Origin: Escherichia phage KarinMuster_Bas82
Direction: 5' to 3' (one strand)
Sequence record: PQ850612.1
DNA: 58,508 nt
Below, piece after piece: positions 37,951 through 47,709 of the stretch. Each line of letters starts with the position of its first letter. Position 1 is the first letter of the stretch. Under the pieces are notes generated by a model. The model was not told the DNA's origin. It searched no databases and worked only from the letters and a program-made list of their open reading frames with translations. The position numbers were made by a program, and so were the translations under genes.

Positions 37951-38997
37951 TCAGTAACCGTTACCGTTGAGAAAATTCGGGGCCGGAGTAGTCATTACCA
38001 TATAACCGTTAGCGATCAGTTGTTCATCGTTCCAACCTTGCGAGATAAACTGTTCATAAGTAGCACCACCTGCTTTTTCAGTCATTACCTTCACAGGTGC
38101 TGCCGCTGGTGTAGGCGCTGCTACAGGTGCTGCCGCTGGTGTAGGCGCTGCTACAGGTGCTGCCGCTGGTGTAGGCGCTGCTACAGGTGCTGCCGCTGGT
38201 GTAGGCGCTGCTACAGGTGCTGCCGCTGGTGTAGGCGCTGCTACAGGTGCTGCCGCTGGTGTAGGCGCTGCTACAGGTGCTGCCGCTGGTGTAGGCGCTG
38301 CTACAGGTGCTGCCGCTGGTGTAGGCGCTGCTACAGGTGCTGCCGCTGGTGTAGGCGCTGCTACAGGTGCTGCCGCTGGTGTTACGCCGATCGGACGTGC
38401 ACCTTCAGGCATTGCAGGAGCCGCACCGAACACAGAGGCAGGAGCCGGACCGGAAATGATTTCTTCACCTGCATAAAGCAATTGTGCCATTTCCATGTTG
38501 ATATATACGCCAGCCTGATTACCTGTACGACCGTTTGCAACAGATGATCCGCTGATACGGTAGTAATAACCTTTTTTCGCCAGATTTTTATCAATAACTG
38601 GCTGGTACGCTGCGTTATAAACCGGACACGCGTCAATAGCCACGTTGCGTGAGAAACCAATTACCCAGTGACCAGCATAACCAGTTTTACTCGCATGTTT
38701 CGGATCATCACCGTTAATAATTTTCCATGCGAAAGTAGGTTGTTGTGGTTCGCCGTTCACATAGTGTGAGTTCGCCGCTCGCATAATCGCCTGGAATACC
38801 GCACCCAGTTCACCTTGTTCTTCCCACCAGTTCGCCGCTGTTTTAGGAAACGCCAGACCAACCCACCAGTTGTGTTTTTCAGGTGCTAACGGTTTATTTT
38901 CGTGGTCATGAGTGTTGATATCGAAAAAAGAACCGCCAACCAGACGACCAACCGGAGTTACAAAAGATTCTTTCTGTGCCATGTTATTAACCTTCAT
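37951..38997 (-). CDS. DUF2815-like protein with (PAAAPVAAPT)n linker
   Basis: 348 aa; alternative start MAQKESF at 38982; nine perfect decapeptide repeats; C-terminal TYEQFISQGWNDEQL. Confidence 0.55.
   Translation of the reverse strand: MKVNNMAQKESFVTPVGRLVGGSFFDINTHDHENKPLAPEKHNWWVGLAFPKTAANWWEEQGELGAVFQAIMRAANSHYVNGEPQQPTFAWKIINGDDPKHASKTGYAGHWVIGFSRNVAIDACPVYNAAYQPVIDKNLAKKGYYYRISGSSVANGRTGNQAGVYINMEMAQLLYAGEEIISGPAPASVFGAAPAMPEGARPIGVTPAAAPVAAPTPAAAPVAAPTPAAAPVAAPTPAAAPVAAPTPAAAPVAAPTPAAAPVAAPTPAAAPVAAPTPAAAPVAAPTPAAAPVAAPTPAAAPVKVMTEKAGGATYEQFISQGWNDEQLIANGYMVMTTPAPNFLNGNGY
38089..38382 (-). repeat. 30-bp perfect tandem repeat, 9 full copies plus partial ends
   Basis: identical 30-mers TGCCGCTGGTGTAGGCGCTGCTACAGGTGC, in-frame. 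Confidence 0.9.
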
Positions 38998-40143
38998 TTA
39001 AAGTGGACGTGCGCCAGTCGGCATCGTCACGGGTTTATTAAAAACAGATTCTGCCAGTGTGCTGTGACCTTTACGCGGGTCACTGTCAGGTACTAAAACT
39101 GGCTGACCTTCTGGTTTTGTCGTACACATGTCAACAAGTGCCGGAGGCAGTGATTTTTCCAGTGTTGACAACGGTTTTAATTTACGTTCGTACAATGTTT
39201 CAGGGTTTACACCAAACATGGGTGCAGCACCGATCAGTTTTCCTTCGTCCGTAAGCTGACGTCGGGTTTGCTTTGTTGCAAGTTTAAAACCCGGTAAAGC
39301 CTTACCCATGCGAACAAAATGTAACCCCTGAGTATGTAACGCTGTTTTTGCTTCAGAAGAACGTGTATACAATTCTTCAAGAAGTGCCAGACGACGCGCT
39401 ACTTCTTCTGGCGTAAGTGATGGTGGTGCATCAAGAACAGTAGCCAATTCTAAAACCCTCTCATACATCGCCGGACACATACCACGCGCCGGACAGTAAT
39501 GACAATGACTACCAACATTTAACGGTGCGTCTGGTTTATGTGCTTCGTTAAACCCGTGTTTAAATCGTTCAGCCCATTCCATCAATGTTGCCCGGTTAAA
39601 CTCCCATCGTCTTACAGGTCCGAGTGGGTGATAAGCCCGTGGCTGAACAATTGTGAACACAACACGCTTAACGGTGTCGATGCAACGTTGGTCCAGTGCG
39701 TAATAGACCCCCTGTGAGTTATCAACTGCTTCAACTGCGACATGACCGTATTTATAATCCCATACGTAAAGCGTATCAGTATTAAAGTCATACCAGCAAT
39801 AATCACAGGTTCCATACTGACCGGGTAACAACCAGTCAATGTAAATGCGAACTTCTGAAAACAGCGGATCGAGTTTCGCACCAACTGAAAGAACATCTGT
39901 TATAAAGTCATCCGCGTAAACATGCATGTCTTCAGTAACCTGAACACCGTTAGGAGCAAGACACGGCATTAATGGCGGTTTGCCTTTAATCTTCTGTTCT
40001 AACACCCAGTGTCCGGCTGTACCTTCTTCAGCACTGGGTGATGATGGTTCTACATAATCAATCCGCTGTGACAGTTGAACGCTACCCGGACAAGCTAACC
40101 AACGTTTTGATCCACTGGCACTAAAGGTAGCGTGACTGGTCAT
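38998..40143 (-). CDS. PD-(D/E)XK exonuclease, Cas4/DUF2800-like
   Basis: 381 aa; N-terminal SGSKRWLACPGS and C-terminal Cys cluster CHYCPARGMCPA. Confidence 0.6.
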   Translation of the reverse strand: MTSHATFSASGSKRWLACPGSVQLSQRIDYVEPSSPSAEEGTAGHWVLEQKIKGKPPLMPCLAPNGVQVTEDMHVYADDFITDVLSVGAKLDPLFSEVRIYIDWLLPGQYGTCDYCWYDFNTDTLYVWDYKYGHVAVEAVDNSQGVYYALDQRCIDTVKRVVFTIVQPRAYHPLGPVRRWEFNRATLMEWAERFKHGFNEAHKPDAPLNVGSHCHYCPARGMCPAMYERVLELATVLDAPPSLTPEEVARRLALLEELYTRSSEAKTALHTQGLHFVRMGKALPGFKLATKQTRRQLTDEGKLIGAAPMFGVNPETLYERKLKPLSTLEKSLPPALVDMCTTKPEGQPVLVPDSDPRKGHSTLAESVFNKPVTMPTGARPL

Positions 40144-40913
40144 CAGAATGCCCCACCCATTTGTTTAACAGATTCAGCCTGACCAACAATGTTTTCAGCA
40201 TCAGCCGGGGCCGCGTTAATGCGTTCAATCAGTTCGATGATAGATTTCAGTTTTACTGGGTCGTCAATCTGCATCACGTTCTGAGTTTCATACAGTCCCA
40301 TGATTCGCTGACTTAATGGCGCAGCACGGTCACCCGTAATTTGTCCAAACATCTGCATCAGTGCTGACTGAAGAACCTGTGTGTTATAAACTTTAGCCGG
40401 ATCCGTGGTTACAGGTTGCTCGACAGGCGCGACTGGTGCAGCCGGTGCTGCTGGTACAACTGGAGCTACCGGAGCGGCAGGAACCGCTGGAGCAGGATCA
40501 ACAGGTGCTACATAACCCGGTGCAAGTTCTGCAGGTCCGGTATAACGCCCTGCTTCAACTGCTTCAGCAATAAGTTCACGTTTAACACCGTCAACAAACG
40601 CTTCATCCAGTTTTTTCTTTTGACGCCACAGACCATCACCTTTGTTCAGGGATTTACTGTCAGTGTGGATACGTGGATCGTGGCGCAAACCCCATTTGTC
40701 GAACTCTTCAGTGCTGGTTTCGTTATCGTCAACATCTTCAGTTGGTGCAGATACAACAGGCAGTGATTCAGCAACGACAGTCACGGTTTCTTTAGTGATA
40801 CCATCACCCTGAGCAGTCATGAGTGGTGCAGCACCAGTCGCAATCGCTGCTGCCAGATTGTTGATCGCAGTTTCCAGACCCGGAGCAGTTACAAGTAATT
40901 TAACTTCGAACAT
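40143..40913 (-). CDS. hypothetical protein with Pro/Ala/Val-rich linker
   Basis: 256 aa, SD GAGGAA, first gene after tandem promoters. Confidence 0.5.
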   Translation of the reverse strand: MFEVKLLVTAPGLETAINNLAAAIATGAAPLMTAQGDGITKETVTVVAESLPVVSAPTEDVDDNETSTEEFDKWGLRHDPRIHTDSKSLNKGDGLWRQKKKLDEAFVDGVKRELIAEAVEAGRYTGPAELAPGYVAPVDPAPAVPAAPVAPVVPAAPAAPVAPVEQPVTTDPAKVYNTQVLQSALMQMFGQITGDRAAPLSQRIMGLYETQNVMQIDDPVKLKSIIELIERINAAPADAENIVGQAESVKQMGGAF

Positions 40914-40944
40914 TACGTTTTCCTCTTGTTGTTTGGTTGTCGCT

Positions 40945-40987
40945 AACTTTAAAAGGTATTGTGTAATCTGTCAAGAATTATTTTACA
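40945..40987 (-). promoter_or_regulatory. conserved phage promoter (leftward)
   Basis: AAAATAATTCTTGACAGATTAC; -10 TAAAGT. Confidence 0.55.
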
Positions 40988-41007
40988 CTCGCCTTTCGTT
41001 GATGCAG

Positions 41008-41051
41008 ATGTTAGAGGAATAAGTTGCAATACGTCAAGAACTATTTTAAAC
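41008..41051. promoter_or_regulatory. divergent promoter pair built on a variant element
   Basis: leftward TTGACG with -10 CTAACA; rightward TTGCAA (41023-41028), 17-bp spacer, TAAACT. Confidence 0.5.
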
Positions 41052-41083
41052 TTTTTTCACGATTCGATATTACAGGGTAGAAA

Positions 41084-42745
41084 ATGAAAGCTCGTTATTA
41101 TCAGACTGAAGCTGTCAATAACGTATGTCAGGCGTGGTCAAGCGGTGCTGACGACGTGATTCTTGTGCTTCCCACGGGGGCAGGAAAAACGTTCTGTATG
41201 TCTGAACTGGTAAAAACAAGAGACGGTGTAAAAGTCATCCAGGCACACCGTAAAGAACTGGTTAGTCAAATCGCAATGGCTGTTGCTCGCCAGGGATTAC
41301 CACACAGATTTATAGCGCAAAAAGATACTGTTAAGTTTGCAACTAATCAGCAGATGAAAACGCTTGGTTACAGTACCTATTCCCCCGGTGCTGACATCGT
41401 TATTACCAGTTCACAAACGTTAAGAACAAAACAGTACGAACGATGGTACAACGACGTGTCTCTTGTATTCAGCGACGAAGCGCATCACCTGGTGCGTGGC
41501 ACACAGTGGGGAGACTGCCGGGAAAAATTCCCTAACGCTAAAGGTCTGGGTGTTACAGCTACACCGATCCGTGCTGACGGTAAAGGCTTAGGTCGTCATG
41601 CGTCAGGTTACGCAGATCAGATGATCATTGGTCCGTCAATGCGTGAGTTAATCAGTCAACAACATCTGGCTGATTATCGTCTGATTATGGCTGAAACAGA
41701 CCTGGAATTAACTGCAGAAATGATTTCCCATACCACGGGTGATTACAAACCTTCTGCGTTAAAAAAAGCGATGGAAGATTCAAACATTGTTGGTGATACC
41801 GTTAGCACGTGGAAAACGTATGCAGATGGTTTACTCACTGTTGTGTTTACGTGTGATGTGGATTCTGCTGAAGCACTGGCACAAGAATTTCGCGATGCGG
41901 GTATTCCAGCAGAGGCGATCAGCTCACGAAACAGCAATCAGGAACGAGCGGATATCCTGGAACGTTTTGAACGACGTAAAACACTCGTGCTGTGTAACAA
42001 CGATTTATTCGGTGAAGGATACGACTGTCCTGCAATGGAATGTGCTGTAATGGACCGTCCAACAGAATCTTACTCTTTGTTTGTACAACAGATGGGTCGT
42101 CCGTTGCGTTTCAAACCGGGTAAAAAAGCACTGATTATTGATAAAGTCGGTAATGTTCGTCGATTTCTGGCCCGTGGTTTTCCACTTCCCGATCAGCATT
42201 ACAACTGGTCTTTAGACGACCGTGACCGTCGTTCATCAAACAGCAGTGGGAACAGTAACACAACATGTACAAACAAGGGTGATCCTGATAACGGTATTCC
42301 ACCGTGTCTGAAGCCTTATCCGTCTGGTCTTCCGTGCTGTCCGTATTGTGGTCATGTTCCTGAAAAAGTCGAACGCTCAGGCCCGGATCGTGTAGAAGGT
42401 AATTTACGTGAATTGACACCTGAAGAACTGGAAGAATTACGCCGGGCAGTTGTGATAATCGACCGTGATCCTGTTGCGGTAAAAGAACAAATGTTGAACG
42501 CTGGTGCACCCCCTGTTGCCGCTTACAGTGCAATGAAAAACATTCAGGCAATGAACGATGCACAGCGTAAGTTACGCGGCATGATTACCACATGGGCCGG
42601 TATTCAGCGTGACAAAGGTATACCCGTTGATGACGCTTACAAGATGTTTTACAGGGTGTTTGGTGTTGATGTGCTCAGTGCTCAGGGATTACGCACTCAT
42701 GAAGCTAATGAACTCGCTGCAAGGGTTGCAAGTTCATTAATCTGA
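41084..42745 (+). CDS. SF2 DEAD/DEAH-type helicase
   Basis: 553 aa; Walker A LPTGAGKT, Walker B FSDEAHH. Confidence 0.8.
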   Translation: MKARYYQTEAVNNVCQAWSSGADDVILVLPTGAGKTFCMSELVKTRDGVKVIQAHRKELVSQIAMAVARQGLPHRFIAQKDTVKFATNQQMKTLGYSTYSPGADIVITSSQTLRTKQYERWYNDVSLVFSDEAHHLVRGTQWGDCREKFPNAKGLGVTATPIRADGKGLGRHASGYADQMIIGPSMRELISQQHLADYRLIMAETDLELTAEMISHTTGDYKPSALKKAMEDSNIVGDTVSTWKTYADGLLTVVFTCDVDSAEALAQEFRDAGIPAEAISSRNSNQERADILERFERRKTLVLCNNDLFGEGYDCPAMECAVMDRPTESYSLFVQQMGRPLRFKPGKKALIIDKVGNVRRFLARGFPLPDQHYNWSLDDRDRRSSNSSGNSNTTCTNKGDPDNGIPPCLKPYPSGLPCCPYCGHVPEKVERSGPDRVEGNLRELTPEELEELRRAVVIIDRDPVAVKEQMLNAGAPPVAAYSAMKNIQAMNDAQRKLRGMITTWAGIQRDKGIPVDDAYKMFYRVFGVDVLSAQGLRTHEANELAARVASSLI

Positions 42746-42786
42746 TGGTAATCTGCATAGAAATATTTTAAACGTAAGGAACTGTA

Positions 42787-43293
42787 ATGCGTGATTTGAT
42801 GGTTGACATTGAAACGTGTGGTACTAAACCGGGTTGTGCAGTGCTGTCAATTGGCGCTGTTTACTTTGACCGTCAGGGTAATATTGGTGAAACGTTTTAC
42901 GCATCAATGGGTTTTAATGCACTTGCTTATGGTCACACAGACCCTGACACTATGAAGTGGTGGTCGCAGCAGTCAGAACAAGCACAAAAAGATGCTTTTG
43001 GTGGTACTGCTGATCCTGTTCAGGTTGCTAAAGATTTTGCCAAATTCATCTGGCACGATGCTAAACCGTGGGGCAATGGTTCCACATTCGATATCACTAT
43101 TCTGGAAGCATGGTTTAATGCGATTGGTGTTCGTTGCCCGTGGAAGTTCTGGAACGTCCGTGATGTTCGTACCGCTGTTGATTTGCTGGGTATTAACCCG
43201 AAAGAATTTACCCGTGACGGTACTTACCACAATGCGTTAGACGACTGTTTACACCAGATTAAATATCTTACTAACGGGACTAAAACATTATGA
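42787..43293 (+). CDS. DnaQ-like 3'-5' exonuclease
   Basis: 168 aa; VDIETCG and YHNALDD motifs. Confidence 0.7.
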   Translation: MRDLMVDIETCGTKPGCAVLSIGAVYFDRQGNIGETFYASMGFNALAYGHTDPDTMKWWSQQSEQAQKDAFGGTADPVQVAKDFAKFIWHDAKPWGNGSTFDITILEAWFNAIGVRCPWKFWNVRDVRTAVDLLGINPKEFTRDGTYHNALDDCLHQIKYLTNGTKTL

Positions 43294-43781
43294 CAACGCT
43301 TGAACAATGGGCGATTCGTCACGGTGTTAGTCAGATGGCGTTGTACGAGTTATACGCGCTTTATCAGCCTGACGGAACACCACACGAAGACGGTGTAAGT
43401 GAAAGCGCCACCAGTAAAGAGTGTGAACTGATTGCGGCACGTGCAGGGCAACGTATCTGGCGTAATAACTCAGGTGCTCTGAAAAACGAAAAAGGAATGA
43501 TGGTTCGTTATGGTCTTGGCAATACCAGTGCGAAAATTAACGCTGTTATGAAGTCAAGCGACTACATCGGCATTAAAACCAAAATCGTTACACCGGATAT
43601 GATCGGTTCGAAAGTGGGTGTCTTTATTGCTGCCGAAATGAAACGCCCTGACTGGCACATGATCCCCAGTGATAAACGTGCACAAGCACAGGCCACTTTC
43701 GGTGCGATTGTTGAAAACGCAGGTGGTGAATTTCGTTTCATCACTCATCCTTCACAATTTGAAAAATGGATTAAACAATGA
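43290..43781 (+). CDS. VRR-NUC-like nuclease (putative)
   Basis: 163 aa; SDYIGI ... FIAAEMK resembles PD-(D/E)XK core. Confidence 0.45.
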   Translation: MTTLEQWAIRHGVSQMALYELYALYQPDGTPHEDGVSESATSKECELIAARAGQRIWRNNSGALKNEKGMMVRYGLGNTSAKINAVMKSSDYIGIKTKIVTPDMIGSKVGVFIAAEMKRPDWHMIPSDKRAQAQATFGAIVENAGGEFRFITHPSQFEKWIKQ

Positions 43782-43951
43782 ATACTGAACGCATTGAACG
43801 TCTACAAAAACTGATTGATAACCACGGTATTGAAGCTGTTGCTAAACGTCTGAACGTTACTGAAATTCATGTTAAACGTAATCTGCTTACCGGGCGATCT
43901 GCTATCAACCTGGTCAAACTGATGGCTGCTGAACGTCAGTTCGGAGCGTAA
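43778..43951 (+). CDS. small hypothetical protein
   Basis: 57-aa ORF with overlapping start; below ORF-track cutoff. Confidence 0.4.
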   Translation: MNTERIERLQKLIDNHGIEAVAKRLNVTEIHVKRNLLTGRSAINLVKLMAAERQFGA

Positions 43952-43954
43952 ATT

Positions 43955-46309
43955 ATGAAAGGGTTACTGAACCGTAAACAGTGGGTCATGTGGCGACTTG
44001 AGACAGTTGCCGATCGTCCAAAACCAACGAAAGTACCATACAGTCCAGTACACGGTTACAAAGCCAGTACCACTAACCCTAACGACTGGTCTGACTATCA
44101 CACCGCGTTAGGTATGGCGCAAATGTACGGTATGTCTGGTGTTGGTTTTGTATTCACAGAAAACGATCCGTACTTCTTTATTGATGTCGATAACTGTCTG
44201 GTAGATCAGGCAACAGCCACATGGTCACCACTGGCGCATGAATTCGTAAACCGTTTTCCAAATGCGTACACCGAAGTAAGCCAGTCAGGAACAGGTTTGC
44301 ACATCATCTGTGCTTATACCAGCATACCGGAAGGTTTTAACAGTCTGAACGACCAGAAAACCGGGCTGGAAATGTACTGGCGTGATCGTTTCGTCGCGAT
44401 GACGCTCACGGGTAATGGTGATGTTGATATTGATTATACCCAGGGCATTCATGATTCTATTGCCCGGTATGGTCGTATCCGTTCAGACCGTTCCGCACGC
44501 TGGACAACAGCACCCTGTGATGACTGGTCAGGACCGACAGACGACGATGAACTGATTAAAATGGCGTTAAATTCGTCCAGTGCTGCTTCAGTATTTGGCA
44601 ATAAAGCGTCATTTGCGGATCTGTGGAATGCAAACGTTGAACGCCTGTCTGTGTCATATCCTAGTGACCAGGGGAAAGACTACAACGCATCAGCAGCAGA
44701 TGCTGCCCTGTGTTCACACCTTGCGTTCTGGACCGGGAAAGATTGCGAACGTATTGAACGATTGTTTAACCGTTCCGGGCTGGTTCGTGGTAAATGGACA
44801 GATCGTCAGGACTACCGTGAAAACACAATTCTGGGCGCTGTGGAACGTTGTGATACGGTTTATCGTAGTCAACCGACGCTGACACCAGAACTGATGAAAG
44901 CAGTCACACCAGCGCCTACCGTCGTTCCTAATGGTGGAACACCTGCGTATATGAGTGTGAAACCCGGTGAAGGTGCATATGGTTCAAACCACACGGTTAA
45001 CGCATCCACGTTCGTTAATAACTATTATCCGAACAACACATTGATTTTCGTCCAGCAACAGCCGTACCGGTTCAACGGTCGCGTGTGGGAACGTGTGAGT
45101 GAAGATGAACTGAAACATCAGATATCTATGGCAATGCTCGCCAGCGAACCAAAAGCTGACGTAATTAACGGTACGTACAAGGTTTTGTCGTATTTATTCA
45201 CACGCGCTGATCGTGAGCTTGGAACATGGCCAGGTGTTGATGTGTCACACTACATTGTATGTCAGAACGGGATACTGGATGTACACACGGGTAAATGTGA
45301 TGCACATAACCCGGATTTCTTTACGACCAGTATTTTACCGTATAGCTACGATCCGTTTGCCCGTGCGCCAGCATTTGAACAGTTTTTAAATACAACTCTG
45401 GAAGGTGATCAGGAACGTATTGCACTGTTGCAGGAATGGCTGGGTTACATGCTTGTCAACTCATATGACTATCAGAAAGCGATGCTGTTGATTGGTGCAC
45501 CACGTTCCGGTAAAGGTACGATTGGTCGCATCATTCAGGCACTGGTAGGTGATGAAGCGTATGCAGGGGTCACACTGGAGGGTTTAGCTAGTGATGCGGT
45601 ACTTGAAACTGTGTTGGATAAATCTGTGCTGTTTATTGGTGATGCTCACAGTGTGTCCGGGCCTGATCGCAACCGAATTCTGGACCGTTTCAAATCTATT
45701 ACAGGTTGTGATGCGATTCCGGTTAATCGTAAATATAAAGGTGCATGGAACGGTCGTTTACCGGGACGTATGACACTGGCTGCTAACAACATTCCGGCAT
45801 TTGCTGATGATTCAGGTGCAATGGCTAACCGTTTGCTGATCCTGCCATTCAACATTTCGTTCCTGGGTCGTGAAGATACCACTCTGGAAGCACGACTGAT
45901 GAAAGAACTACCGGGGATCTGTAACTGGGCGATTGAAGGTTTACAACGGTTACGTGCTAACGGACGGTTTACTGAACCAAAAGCAAGTCTGGAAGAACGT
46001 CAGGAAATTATGGATCAACAATCACCACTTAGAAGTTTTATCAGAGATTGTTGCGAATTGGTATCTGATGGTGAGGTGCACACTGAAGAACTCTATGGTC
46101 GTTATCGTCTCTGGAAAACACAGGAAGGTGGTCCAGCAATGACTAAAACTGCATTTAGTCGGGCATTTAAATCCACCCTTCGTGGTAAAGTGAAAAAAGA
46201 CGTCGTTAATATAAATAACGTTCGACTAAACGGTTTCAGGGGTATTCGTCTTCTCCCTTTTCAGTCAACAGCTAATGTAGTGCCTTTCCCACCTGCGAGT
46301 AACGGTTAG
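43955..46309 (+). CDS. DNA primase (prim-pol N-domain plus P4-type ATPase domain)
   Basis: 784 aa; FFIDVDNC and Walker A GAPRSGKGT. Confidence 0.75.
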   Translation: MKGLLNRKQWVMWRLETVADRPKPTKVPYSPVHGYKASTTNPNDWSDYHTALGMAQMYGMSGVGFVFTENDPYFFIDVDNCLVDQATATWSPLAHEFVNRFPNAYTEVSQSGTGLHIICAYTSIPEGFNSLNDQKTGLEMYWRDRFVAMTLTGNGDVDIDYTQGIHDSIARYGRIRSDRSARWTTAPCDDWSGPTDDDELIKMALNSSSAASVFGNKASFADLWNANVERLSVSYPSDQGKDYNASAADAALCSHLAFWTGKDCERIERLFNRSGLVRGKWTDRQDYRENTILGAVERCDTVYRSQPTLTPELMKAVTPAPTVVPNGGTPAYMSVKPGEGAYGSNHTVNASTFVNNYYPNNTLIFVQQQPYRFNGRVWERVSEDELKHQISMAMLASEPKADVINGTYKVLSYLFTRADRELGTWPGVDVSHYIVCQNGILDVHTGKCDAHNPDFFTTSILPYSYDPFARAPAFEQFLNTTLEGDQERIALLQEWLGYMLVNSYDYQKAMLLIGAPRSGKGTIGRIIQALVGDEAYAGVTLEGLASDAVLETVLDKSVLFIGDAHSVSGPDRNRILDRFKSITGCDAIPVNRKYKGAWNGRLPGRMTLAANNIPAFADDSGAMANRLLILPFNISFLGREDTTLEARLMKELPGICNWAIEGLQRLRANGRFTEPKASLEERQEIMDQQSPLRSFIRDCCELVSDGEVHTEELYGRYRLWKTQEGGPAMTKTAFSRAFKSTLRGKVKKDVVNINNVRLNGFRGIRLLPFQSTANVVPFPPASNG

Positions 46310-46328
46310 TCATTGCACAAGGATGTGT

Positions 46329-46368
46329 AAAATAATTCTTGACGAATTACAGAGGTGTGCGCTATAGT
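46329..46368 (+). promoter_or_regulatory. conserved phage promoter (rightward)
   Basis: AAAATAATTCTTGACGAATTAC; 18-bp spacer; -10 TATAGT. Confidence 0.6.
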
Positions 46369-46399
46369 CTGTACATCAAGTGAACAAGGAGTGATTGTT

Positions 46400-46612
46400 A
46401 TGAAACCACACTACCGATTAATGAGACTTTCACAGTGTCCTAATGGAACACGGTTTTATTTTTATCGTCTGAAGCAACTATTACCTTTCACGTTAATTGC
46501 TAACAGCTTCAAGAAATACGAAAGTATTTATCACGAGGGTCACGATTTTAATATTACCGCGAGAAAATACAGAACGTCTATTCATAAACTTGTGTGGGCT
46601 AAGGTGAACTAA
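46400..46612 (+). CDS. hypothetical protein
   Basis: start at MKPHYRL with SD AAGGAG. Confidence 0.45.
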   Translation: MKPHYRLMRLSQCPNGTRFYFYRLKQLLPFTLIANSFKKYESIYHEGHDFNITARKYRTSIHKLVWAKVN

Positions 46613-46614
46613 TA

Positions 46615-46854
46615 ATGGGTGGTCGTGGATCATGTCGTCGAACTCGTTCATTACGCTGCAGTAAGTGTTATGAGCGAAACCTACGTGATTATTTATTAGG
46701 GTTTGGTACACGCAACTGGGAAAACGTTGAAGTTACTGGTGAAAATGGAAACACTTACACCTGCCGTTGTGAATCCTGTGGTCACACTTATCAAACAACA
46801 TCAGCGGCTGCACGTCGCGAATGGAAATGGAAGAAAAACCATGTTGACAACTAG
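46615..46854 (+). CDS. small Cys-pair protein
   Basis: 79 aa; CSKC ... CRCESC. Confidence 0.45.
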   Translation: MGGRGSCRRTRSLRCSKCYERNLRDYLLGFGTRNWENVEVTGENGNTYTCRCESCGHTYQTTSAAARREWKWKKNHVDN

Positions 46855-47098
46855 TATTTTCATACTTGTATTTTGGATAATCATCGTTATACGTATAATT
46901 ATTTGTGCTGTCATACAAAGAAAAATGATTGATTTTTATTATTCTGATAAAAGTGGTTGGGACACACATCAACAGAGTATGTTTGATGCTTACCCACAAT
47001 TAGATACTTTCAAAATGATTTTTAAATTCTGGGTATGGCCTATGTCAAAATTCTATCCTGAATACAGGAAAGGTAAAAACCATGAAAAACATATTTGA
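46841..47098 (+). CDS. membrane protein
   Basis: start at MLTTSIF; hydrophobic N-terminus. Confidence 0.4.
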   Translation: MLTTSIFILVFWIIIVIRIIICAVIQRKMIDFYYSDKSGWDTHQQSMFDAYPQLDTFKMIFKFWVWPMSKFYPEYRKGKNHEKHI

Positions 47099-47279
47099 CC
47101 GTTTAATTACTGTTATCGTATTTCTTGTATCCGTAACGCTCGCGTCTTGTATTGTCGGACTAATGACCCGTGGTAATCATGCGGAAACACCGTGGTGGTT
47201 TCTGGCAGGTATTGGATTATTAGCGGCTGCGGCATCAATTGGTGCTTGCATGTGGGGAGTGAAAAACGATCATGACTGA
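47082..47279 (+). CDS. small membrane protein
   Basis: 65 aa, two hydrophobic segments. Confidence 0.45.
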   Translation: MKNIFDRLITVIVFLVSVTLASCIVGLMTRGNHAETPWWFLAGIGLLAAAASIGACMWGVKNDHD

Positions 47280-47487
47280 ATTCGGTGCTGTAATCAAAAA
47301 AGAAGACCGTTATGCACATATTGATACCCGGATTACCTGGGTTGATATCAGTGAAGCTACTCTGTTCAGTTCAACTTACATGGCTGGTGTTGCACTTAAA
47401 TCACTTCGCGATCAGGGTTTCAATTGCAGAAAAGTAACAATTGCTCCTGTTAAAATCACGCGGATCGTAGAGGAAACAGAAGGATGA
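47272..47487 (+). CDS. hypothetical protein
   Basis: 71-aa ORF. Confidence 0.4.
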   Translation: MTEFGAVIKKEDRYAHIDTRITWVDISEATLFSSTYMAGVALKSLRDQGFNCRKVTIAPVKITRIVEETEG

Positions 47488-47511
47488 ATATTGCTGGTAG
47501 GAGTATTGATT

Positions 47512-47709
47512 ATGCAAGTAGGTAATTGTTATTTATATCCTAAAACAGATCTGTTTGAAAAATGTTGGGTGGTAATAACCTATTCAAATCCGTGTCAGGG
47601 AGTTATCATGTGGGATGATGGTAAATGTCAGACTTCAATGATAAATGATCAGGACATGCGAGGCTGTCAATTAGTTGGATGTAATATGAAGATGAGATCA
47701 ACACAATGA
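47512..47709 (+). CDS. hypothetical protein
   Basis: start at MQVGNCY with SD AGGAG. Confidence 0.4.
   Translation: MQVGNCYLYPKTDLFEKCWVVITYSNPCQGVIMWDDGKCQTSMINDQDMRGCQLVGCNMKMRSTQ

Noticed and set aside
38089-38382. Possible CRISPR array
   Set aside because: Repeats are 30 bp, directly tandem with no spacers, and in-frame within a coding sequence; the 21-bp repeats at 52401-52500 likewise.
38020-38547. Plus-strand 175-aa ORF encoding CRWCRRCYRC repeats
   Set aside because: Opposite-strand translation of the 30-bp tandem repeat inside the leftward DUF2815-like gene; low complexity, no start context.
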